This document shows, one piece after another, positions 1 through 6,986 of a stretch of 42,502 nucleotides of DNA. The translations under genes were made by a program, and so were the position numbers. Numbering within the stretch: position 1 is the stretch's first letter; the number at the start of each line of letters is the position of its first letter. The DNA is from an uncultured bacterium. Its GTDB lineage: Bacteria; CAIJMQ01; JAADFP01; CAZSGC01. The DNA lies in contig CAZSGC010000001.1 of NCBI GenBank assembly GCA_964606225.1, forward strand, positions 30,649-73,150, in the 5' to 3' direction. The notes below the pieces were generated by a model. That model did no database searches, was not told where the DNA came from, and saw only the letters and a list, made by a program, of their open reading frames with translations.

Positions 1-376
1 CTTCTCTACGGGTCTTCTCTATCTCCAGTACCTGATGATATAAGAACTCTGCTTCTTGGAATCTTTTCTCCCTTAAGGCTCTATCTGCTCTCTTAAGTAA
101 AACTCTTATTCTTTCTTCTCTCTCCTTCTCTCTGTAAAAAGCCACTACCCTAAGGTATCTTTTTGCTAAACGATTTTCCGGGTCAATTTCCAGAACTTTC
201 TTAAATTCTTCCTCTGCTTTAGACCAGTTTTTTAGTCTAAGATACGCCTTTCCTAACTCCAAGTGTTCCCGAATATTTTTCTCTTTCTCCTGAGGAAGTG
301 CTGAATTTAGCCACAGGAAAAAGAAACCCCATATAAGTAAAAATACAAAAGGAAATAGAAAGAGTTTTCTCTTCAC
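1..376 (-). CDS. TPR-repeat protein, N-terminal ~125 codons only (gene runs off the left edge). It lies directly downstream of the pilP-like gene and may be a pilotin-like or secretin-associated component.
   Basis: Absent from the ORF track because no stop lies in the window. The reverse complement reads GGAGG, 6 nt, then GTG(376), followed by VKRKLFLFPFVFLLIWGFFFLWLNSALPQEKEK (hydrophobic signal/anchor). A canonical TPR unit follows: HLELGKAYLRLKNWSKAEEEFKKVLEIDPENRLA. The frame stays open to position 1. Confidence 0.5.
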   Translation of the reverse strand, partial: MKRKLFLFPFVFLLIWGFFFLWLNSALPQEKEKNIREHLELGKAYLRLKNWSKAEEEFKKVLEIDPENRLAKRYLRVVAFYREKEREERIRVLLKRADRALREKRFQEAEFLYHQVLEIEKTRRE

Positions 377-377
377 C

Positions 378-917
378 TTATCCTCCTATTTTAAGTTCAA
401 ATTTAGGCTTACCCTCCTTAAAAAGTATTATGCTGGAAGAGGTAATTTTCTCCACTTTCCATCCCTCTACTACATCTCCCTCCTTAACAAAATAGGTCCT
501 TCCCGTCCTCTTATTCTGGATGGTAGCAATCAGTTCCCCAATCTGCATCAAACCGGTACATACCAGATCCATCCTCTCTTCAGTCTTAGGGGTTTCTCCA
601 GGAGTAGGGGTAACCGTAGGTTCAGGAGGAGTAAAAGGAGGAAGGGGAGCAAAAGGATTACGGGAAAGAATTTCTCGGTAATAGGTAAAAGGACGAGGGG
701 AAAGAAAAGCAAGATAAGTCTCATCTCCTACATTTTTATTTACCGTCTCCGGATCCCATCTTACCTGAGGCTTCAGACCTAACTCTAAAGCGGAGGGGTT
801 AAGAGTCCTTGCCCAGGTATTGTAAAGCCTCCATCCCAATGTCATCCAGCAAAGTAAAATTAACCAGAGAATTACTTTTTCATAATTATCTCTCATCCAT
901 AGAAGAAAAGTTCGCAT
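378..917 (-). CDS. PilP-like pilus assembly protein (membrane-anchored, Pro/Thr linker, C-terminal beta domain)
   Basis: ORF 378..938. The ATG at 917 is preferred over the TTG at 938: it follows the upstream TAA stop by 1 nt, and a GGAG lies upstream. The protein has a TM anchor (VILWLILLCWMTLGW) and a linker PFAPLPPFTPPEPTVTPTPGETP. The C-terminus GRTYFVKEGDVVEGWKVEKITSSSIILFKEG resembles PilP/GspC-HR-type domains. It sits after the pilO-like gene. Confidence 0.6.
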   Translation of the reverse strand: MRTFLLWMRDNYEKVILWLILLCWMTLGWRLYNTWARTLNPSALELGLKPQVRWDPETVNKNVGDETYLAFLSPRPFTYYREILSRNPFAPLPPFTPPEPTVTPTPGETPKTEERMDLVCTGLMQIGELIATIQNKRTGRTYFVKEGDVVEGWKVEKITSSSIILFKEGKPKFELKIGG

Positions 918-918
918 A

Positions 919-1797
919 TTAAATCTTGCTCCACTCAATGTAGGAAAGAGAAAGGGTAACTTTTAGGATTCTTTCTGGAGAAGCAGATTCCTTTTTTTCC
1001 TCCCTATTTATCTCTTCTCTCCTTTCCGGTATTCTTCTTCCCCTCTCTACCTTCATCCTTTCCCTTTCCTCTACCCTCCTCTCTTCTGCTCCAGTAAATT
1101 TTTCTCTCTCTGTACTTTTAGTTGCTTCTTCAGATTCTATCCCTAACCCCTCCACCAGAATAAATCTTTCCTTACTATTCTCTAACTCTAAAAGCAACTT
1201 GGTTAGAGACAATAAATCACAATTGAAAGTTAATGTCAAGGGAGTTTTTTCATAAAGAGAGGAACTTCTCCTTTCTCGCTTTCCACCTTCCTCTCCAAAG
1301 GTAATAGAGGAAATTTCTTTAATGCCCGAATCTATGCATTTCTTTAGCAACCATTCCACCAGATATAATCTCTTAAGAAGCGCAGGTACTTCCTTCTCCT
1401 CAGGTAAAGAGTCAGTTACTCCCAAGTCTTGAGGAATGGTAGCCTGATTAAGAGAAGCGTATCTCTCTAATTCTTCCTGAGTATTGTAGAAGGTCTCTAA
1501 GTAATAGAGGGAAGGATTCTGCTCCGAAGGTATCTCTATCTTAACTTCTCTATAGAGAGCAGACCTTACCTTCTTATACTCCTCTTCTAAAATCTGATTT
1601 CCTCTCTTTAAAGCCTCTATCAGTTGAGGAGAAGGCGGCCCTTCAGGGACTGAATAGTAACTCTTTACTTGTTCCATCTTCTCCTCCAAGGTTTTTTCTA
1701 CCTCTCTCTTCTTAATAAGAAAGGGACGAGCTACCACCAGATAAATTACCAATAAAACTATCACAAATCCAGCAGGAAATAACAATATTTTTCTCAT
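919..1797 (-). CDS. PilO-like (GspM-like) bitopic pilus alignment protein with a charged low-complexity insertion
   Basis: ATG at 1797. A single N-terminal TM (ILLFPAGFVIVLLVIYLVVA) is followed by a coiled-coil-like segment. The gene lies between the pilMN fusion and the pilP-like gene. The family call rests on architecture and synteny, not on a diagnostic motif. Confidence 0.55.
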   Translation of the reverse strand: MRKILLFPAGFVIVLLVIYLVVARPFLIKKREVEKTLEEKMEQVKSYYSVPEGPPSPQLIEALKRGNQILEEEYKKVRSALYREVKIEIPSEQNPSLYYLETFYNTQEELERYASLNQATIPQDLGVTDSLPEEKEVPALLKRLYLVEWLLKKCIDSGIKEISSITFGEEGGKRERRSSSLYEKTPLTLTFNCDLLSLTKLLLELENSKERFILVEGLGIESEEATKSTEREKFTGAEERRVEERERMKVERGRRIPERREEINREEKKESASPERILKVTLSLSYIEWSKI

Positions 1798-1800
1798 TTT

Positions 1801-3546
1801 TTATGAGGTCTTAACATATACTCGCAGAGTAAACTCTACCTCTCCTCCCTCCCCCCTTTGCACATTTTCCAGAACCACATCTATAAATAGAGGAGATGCT
1901 TTCAAGCGGGTAATATATTCATCTACTCGTGGGAAGGACTTGGCTCTCCCCCTAAGATAAAGGGTCTCTCCAGAAACTTTCCTTCCTCTGCCCCTTCTTA
2001 TAGGAGATGGGGGGAAGGTTGTTTCTGCTCTCCTTCCTCGGGAAGAAGGAACAGGGCTTAGGTTTCTTCTTTCCTCACCTGGTAAGGCTCTTTTCCTCAC
2101 TACCGGTGCCTTTTCTCTTTCTGGAATCGCTCGCCTCTCCATAGTAATTTCCCCTTCCCCCGTACTCTGGGTAGTCTTCCCTAAGGAAAGAATATAAATA
2201 TCTGAAGGAGTCAGGTGAGATATCTCTCTCAATAAATCAGACCAAAAAGTCCTCTTCGCCAGTATCTTTTTAACTTCAGTAAGTCTATTCTCAAGATTCC
2301 CTCTCTCCTTTTTCAATTTCTCTATCTCTGGTAAATAGGGTTTGAACTCCTCCATTATGGCCTCAACTCTCTGAAGTTTAAGTCTGGTGATGGTATAGTC
2401 TTGATAGGCAAAAGTAGAGAAAGTAACCCCCACTATAGGAATCAGGATGGAGGAGAGAACAAAGTAAGGCATCTTTCTCTGTAAAGATTTCTTACCAGTA
2501 ATTACCGGAGGGAGAAGATTTATCTCTACAGGAAGAGAGACCAGCCCCCGCAGAGCGAGCCCTATACTTACCGAATATAGAGAATCCTCTCCTATCTGTG
2601 AAGGCTCAACTTTAAGATTTACCCAAGGATTTACTTCTATAACTTCACTCTTGAAGGAATCATAGAGAAATTTATGAAAACTCTTAAGGGTGGAGAGCCT
2701 GCCACTTAAAAATATTCTTTCAAAAGTGGTGACTTTCTCCACCTGAGAGAGATAATAATTCATGGTTCTCTTAATCTCGGTAGCCAGGTCTTCCCAAATC
2801 CCTCTTACCCACTCCTCCCCTTTCCCAGAGAAAAGAAGATTCTCTGCCTCTTGGTAATCTGCTCCTGTCTCTCTCATAATTTCCCTTAACATATTTCTTT
2901 CCCCTATGGGTATAGAACGAGTGAAAGCCAGCGCCTGTCCATTCTCTATCATAATATCAGTAAAGTTCCACTCTACAGAGAGAACAATGTTTATCCCCGC
3001 TTCAGGAAGTAAATTATTGAAAACCAGACAATTATGGAGGGAAAGAACGGAGACATCCACAATATCCGGTTCCAGTCTGATGGAGGCTTTAATCTGGTCC
3101 ACAATACCTTCCACCATCTCCTGCTTTACTGCTGCCATCATGACTTCTAAAGACTTGGTCTCTTTCTCTATAGGAGAGGCAAGTTGGTAACCCCACACCA
3201 CCTCTTTTAAAGGAAAAGGTATCTGCTGTTGCACCTCATATCCTACAATCTGTCTTACCTTAGCCTGAGGTACGGGAGGTAATCTCAACCTCCGAACAAA
3301 AGCAATCTGCCCCCCTAATCCTGCCACCAGAATGCTCTTTCTATAATCGATTCCTTCCAGAGAACGGGCTAATGCTTCTCGGAAGGCAGCCTCTCTCTCT
3401 TCCTTATCCTTTACATCTCGGGGAAGTATACGGGAACGGACATCCAGAAGGACAATATCTTTTCCTCTCTTCTCCAGTCTTACCAGATTTATTCTATCTG
3501 CAGAGAGGTCAATACCAATACAAGTCTTACCTTTGGTAGCAAACAT
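1801..3546 (-). CDS. PilM-PilN fusion protein (actin-like ATPase-fold PilM domain, TM segment, periplasmic PilN-like domain)
   Basis: The N-terminus CIGIDLSADRINLVRLEKRGKDIVLL is the typical PilM/FtsA-like phosphate-1 strand. After roughly 350 aa of cytoplasmic domain comes a TM segment (PYFVLSSILIPIVGVTFSTFAY), then a coiled coil and an alpha/beta C-terminal domain ending EVEFTLRVYVK. Confidence 0.8.
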   Translation of the reverse strand: MFATKGKTCIGIDLSADRINLVRLEKRGKDIVLLDVRSRILPRDVKDKEEREAAFREALARSLEGIDYRKSILVAGLGGQIAFVRRLRLPPVPQAKVRQIVGYEVQQQIPFPLKEVVWGYQLASPIEKETKSLEVMMAAVKQEMVEGIVDQIKASIRLEPDIVDVSVLSLHNCLVFNNLLPEAGINIVLSVEWNFTDIMIENGQALAFTRSIPIGERNMLREIMRETGADYQEAENLLFSGKGEEWVRGIWEDLATEIKRTMNYYLSQVEKVTTFERIFLSGRLSTLKSFHKFLYDSFKSEVIEVNPWVNLKVEPSQIGEDSLYSVSIGLALRGLVSLPVEINLLPPVITGKKSLQRKMPYFVLSSILIPIVGVTFSTFAYQDYTITRLKLQRVEAIMEEFKPYLPEIEKLKKERGNLENRLTEVKKILAKRTFWSDLLREISHLTPSDIYILSLGKTTQSTGEGEITMERRAIPEREKAPVVRKRALPGEERRNLSPVPSSRGRRAETTFPPSPIRRGRGRKVSGETLYLRGRAKSFPRVDEYITRLKASPLFIDVVLENVQRGEGGEVEFTLRVYVKTS

Positions 3547-3553
3547 ATAAACT

Positions 3554-3582
3554 ATTTTAGAACATTATTGTGGGAAAGTAAA
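3554..3582 (-). promoter_or_regulatory. Sigma-70-type promoter for pilMN-pilO-pilP, predicted to give a leaderless or near-leaderless transcript
   Basis: The minus strand reads TTTACT(3582..3577), a 17-nt spacer, TAAAAT(3559..3554), 7 nt, then ATG(3546). There is no Shine-Dalgarno between the -10 box and the ATG. Confidence 0.5.
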
Positions 3583-3604
3583 AATCGTGGGAGAAAGTCT
3601 TCTA

Positions 3605-6600
3605 TTACCTTCCCTCCTTCCAGAACCAGAATCTACGCGGAGGAGAAGGAACTTCTTCCCAGGGAGAAGGTTTACGATATACCCAACTCTGTATGTCTGT
3701 ATCGGACTTGTCAGGTTCTGCAGGATAATAAACTTCCACCAAAAAGGAGTAACTATTGTCGGGTAAAAGTTCTTCGGTAGTATTGTCACCGTAGGTAAGG
3801 GTACCTTCCCATATATTAGGATTGGTGCTAACCTGCCATTTGAAGTCATAGTTGAGAGCAACTTTGCCTTCCGGTTTATATAAATAACATTTATACTCGT
3901 GGGCTCCACTTCCTCCCCAACTTCTCCAAGTAAAGGTTACCACATCTTCCTGAGAAATTCCAGCCGGACCTTCTATAATCTCTACATGAGGTAGGTCACT
4001 CTCTATCCACCAGTAATAGGTATTACCTCCTATACCTCGTGTTTCTTGAGTCTCATAATTCCCTGCCTTATCCATATATCTTACTTTGAAGGCATAGGCT
4101 CTCCCCGGGGTGAGATTGGTGTAAGAAGTAGAGAGGTAACTATCACCCTCTACAAAATCACTCCAACCCAAATCCTTTCCTTCCAGCATCCATCTCACCA
4201 GCCAGGTGTCAGAAAGACTCTCTCCGGTTATTTGATTGGCAGGGTCGTAAGAACTCCAGGTAAAGGAGGCGGAAGTAGAGGAAGAACTGGCAGTGGTTTC
4301 AACTATGGAAGTTACCATAGGGGTAGTATCCACCTGAATCTTTATTCCCGTATCAGAGGTAATCACCTCATTCCCTGCTCGGTCATATATACGAAATCTT
4401 ATACGGTTAAAATCCCGGGATTCCATCTGGAAGAGAGCGGTATCTACCTGCACTACCTCCTCTACATTAACCGCTCCCTCAAAACCAGAAGGTAAGGTTA
4501 TATAATCCTTCTGCCACTCTCCCCAGTAAAATTTTTTGTTGAGGGTATCGTAAAGGTAAAGAGAGTACATGGGAGGGCTATCAGAGAGGGTGGTCTCATT
4601 AAGACCAGAGCAGTCATTAACACTGGCTCCCAGATTTACATCAGGATTTTTGTCTATTACCTTGATTCTCACCCCAGGGGTTCGAGAAACTGTCCAGGTA
4701 TCCTGAGAGTTCTCCACCCAGGTAAAAGCCCGGTTAAGTAAATCAGTAGGGTAATCGTAAACAGGATAGACTTCGGAGTAATAAACTTCCGGAGTTTCTT
4801 CCACCACTACGGGAGGGGCAGTATCTTTCAGGAGAAAGAGGAGAGAAGAATCTCCCCCATCATCCTCAGGGATACTATAAGAAGGAGGAGGAATCTCCTC
4901 ATTACCTGCATTGTCAGTGGCTCTTGCTTCAATGGCGTAGCCACCTTCGGTGGGAGGATAGAAAACATACTGCCACTGGGAGTAATCTCCTCTACCACTG
5001 GTATCCTCCACCAGTTCCCAGGTTCCCCACTCGTATTGACTCTCATTTTCCGGCCAGGCTCCTCCCTGATTACGTCTCCCAGTTCTTATCCTCACCACAT
5101 CGATTCCGGTAGGATAAAGAACGCTATCATAAGCCACACCACTCACTTTTACCGGCAAAGTATTCTGAGCATTGAAGATGTAAACGGTTCTGCCATCTAA
5201 CTGGATAGGGAAAAGACCGGTATCCGGAGTAGAAGAATCCCGAGGCGGGACGTTAATTTCGGTGAAGGGAGGTTCCACATCTACATAAATACTCTGGAAA
5301 TTTATCACCACCTCTTTCAGTACCGGACTTACACTACTCTGGGAAGTCTTAAGGAAAGGACGATACTGGAGATACCGGGAGATAGGATGGACTCTCACTT
5401 CATCAAAGTAAGCCTGGCTACTGGTGTAAAGAGAAAGGTTAGAAGGGGTAAAGGTGGGATTGTTGATACGCCCATACCCCACATCCTGAATATTCACCGT
5501 TATAGCCTCATCTCCCTGAAAACTCCATCTTTTCCAGTTCACAAGATACCTTTCTCCAGAGGTGTAAGTACCCAGGAAGGAAGAATCCTCCACCACTCCA
5601 TCATTGATATACTGAAGATACACTTCTCCATTCTCAAAATAGACCAGATATCCGGTATCTCCAGAAACTTCCTCCAGAGGACCAAAGGTTTGATTGGAGA
5701 TAGCGGATACAGTTTTACCACTTATAGGAGTTACCCAGTGGTAAAGGGAAAAATACTCTTCTATCTCTTTCTGAGAGGTTACACCTGTAGGGGTGGAAGC
5801 GGTAATCTCCAGATGGAGATTTACCTCCTCAATCCCGGAGACCTCACCCCACCTACTCCAGAGACTCCCATCCAGGGTATCATCGTTAAAACTATCCCGC
5901 CACCTCACTATGTACTCCTCCCCTCCTTTCACTCCGTAAGCGTAGGGAGGAGACCACCTTCCATCTATATCTGTATCGGAGAGGGGAGTATCGGAGTCCC
6001 GGGTATATAAGATGATAAATCTCCTCAAAGCATGGGAAGTGATAAGAGGCTCGGAAAGAGCGCCCTGAGAAATCTTCACCAGGTCTATCTTCCCAGAAAA
6101 TCCTTCCGTGCTTCCGCCCAGGAAAAGGGAGGGATTACCCGGGTAAAGGATGTCTCCTTCCGCAAAGGTGTTGGTGTATTTGGGAATACCGTCCACATAA
6201 AGGATTAAATTATTCCCCCCGTAAGTAAAGGCAAGATGGTACCACTCAAAGAAAGAGAAAGCATCGGGATCAGTAGCCGTGTAGGAGCCTGTGGAAGTAT
6301 AAATCTTTACCTGGAAATGACCAGAACTGTCCGTACCCAGCCACCACCCTGAGTTCTGACCATCTCCCATAGAGAGAATACTTTGAGCCGTGGAAGAGAC
6401 TGTGGGATATACCCAGCATTCCACAGTGAGAGTTCTCAAAGCCAGAGAGGAGGAGTAGGGAACTTCCACGTAATCTCCAGAAGAAAAACTTAAAGACCAG
6501 TGAGTAGGATACTCTCCCTCATAGGTCCAGGTGGCTCCCCAAACATTCCCATGATTATCAAAACCTGAGGAATCCAGAGCAGTATCCGCATTCCCCCCCT

Positions 6601-6928
6601 CATCCAGATACCATAGCCCTCGGGTATAGATGTCCTTTTTAACCAAGAAATCCTCACCTTCCCAGGAAATTTTTTCCCAGATGACCGGAACCTGTGCATC
6701 TCTCCAGGAGGAGAAGAGAATTCCCGTATCCGGATAAGAGACTCCATTCCACTCTAAGTAAAGGTCTCCAGGAACGGTATCTCCATCTACGTTTTCTGCC
6801 CACCAGTAGTAACTGGTAGCCTGCCAGAGGAGTTGGGAATCCCCTCCTGACCAGTCAGTTTGTGTCCAGGCGAAGAGAAGTAGAGGAGAGAGAAAAAGAA
6901 GTGTGAGGAAAAATTTACATTTTTTCAT
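3605..6928 (-). CDS. Large secreted LamG (Laminin_G_3 / concanavalin-A-like) plus tandem Ig/Fn3-like repeat protein. It is a candidate pilus-associated adhesin or cargo.
   Basis: Sec-type signal MKKCKFFLTLLFLSPLLLFA|WTQ. The LamG signature spans about aa 105-290 (DSSGFDNHGNVWGA..LSFSSGDYVEVPYSSSLALRTLTVECWVYP..WYHLAFTYGGNNLILYVDGIP). At least three beta-sandwich modules end in D-x-AGN (ATDNAGNEE, IYDRAGNEV, YMDKAGNYE). There is no pilin-like N-terminus. Confidence 0.8.
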   Translation of the reverse strand: MKKCKFFLTLLFLSPLLLFAWTQTDWSGGDSQLLWQATSYYWWAENVDGDTVPGDLYLEWNGVSYPDTGILFSSWRDAQVPVIWEKISWEGEDFLVKKDIYTRGLWYLDEGGNADTALDSSGFDNHGNVWGATWTYEGEYPTHWSLSFSSGDYVEVPYSSSLALRTLTVECWVYPTVSSTAQSILSMGDGQNSGWWLGTDSSGHFQVKIYTSTGSYTATDPDAFSFFEWYHLAFTYGGNNLILYVDGIPKYTNTFAEGDILYPGNPSLFLGGSTEGFSGKIDLVKISQGALSEPLITSHALRRFIILYTRDSDTPLSDTDIDGRWSPPYAYGVKGGEEYIVRWRDSFNDDTLDGSLWSRWGEVSGIEEVNLHLEITASTPTGVTSQKEIEEYFSLYHWVTPISGKTVSAISNQTFGPLEEVSGDTGYLVYFENGEVYLQYINDGVVEDSSFLGTYTSGERYLVNWKRWSFQGDEAITVNIQDVGYGRINNPTFTPSNLSLYTSSQAYFDEVRVHPISRYLQYRPFLKTSQSSVSPVLKEVVINFQSIYVDVEPPFTEINVPPRDSSTPDTGLFPIQLDGRTVYIFNAQNTLPVKVSGVAYDSVLYPTGIDVVRIRTGRRNQGGAWPENESQYEWGTWELVEDTSGRGDYSQWQYVFYPPTEGGYAIEARATDNAGNEEIPPPSYSIPEDDGGDSSLLFLLKDTAPPVVVEETPEVYYSEVYPVYDYPTDLLNRAFTWVENSQDTWTVSRTPGVRIKVIDKNPDVNLGASVNDCSGLNETTLSDSPPMYSLYLYDTLNKKFYWGEWQKDYITLPSGFEGAVNVEEVVQVDTALFQMESRDFNRIRFRIYDRAGNEVITSDTGIKIQVDTTPMVTSIVETTASSSSTSASFTWSSYDPANQITGESLSDTWLVRWMLEGKDLGWSDFVEGDSYLSTSYTNLTPGRAYAFKVRYMDKAGNYETQETRGIGGNTYYWWIESDLPHVEIIEGPAGISQEDVVTFTWRSWGGSGAHEYKCYLYKPEGKVALNYDFKWQVSTNPNIWEGTLTYGDNTTEELLPDNSYSFLVEVYYPAEPDKSDTDIQSWVYRKPSPWEEVPSPPRRFWFWKEGR

Positions 6929-6955
6929 CTTTTTCGCCTTCCCTTTAACAAAAAG

Positions 6956-6971
6956 GGCAAATTATTTGCCA
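6956..6971 (-). promoter_or_regulatory. Sigma-54 (-24/-12) promoter match upstream of the LamG gene; the same sequence can also be read as a weak hairpin
   Basis: The minus strand reads TGGCAA-ATAAT-TTGCC against the consensus TGGCAC-N5-TTGCA, with exact GG/GC spacing. The predicted +1 is near 6945, giving a 17-nt leader AAGGGAAGGCGAAAAAG before ATG(6928). Confidence 0.5.
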
Positions 6972-6986
6972 ACCTTCTCAATATTC

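Noticed and set aside
960-2180. Pyrimidine-rich low-complexity tracts (for example 960..1140 and 1970..2180) that superficially look like repeats.
   Set aside because: They are the antisense image of the Arg/Glu-rich coding inserts in the PilO-like and PilN-like genes. There is no regular repeat-spacer periodicity. No CRISPR array, IS element, transposase, integrase or phage gene was recognised anywhere in the window.
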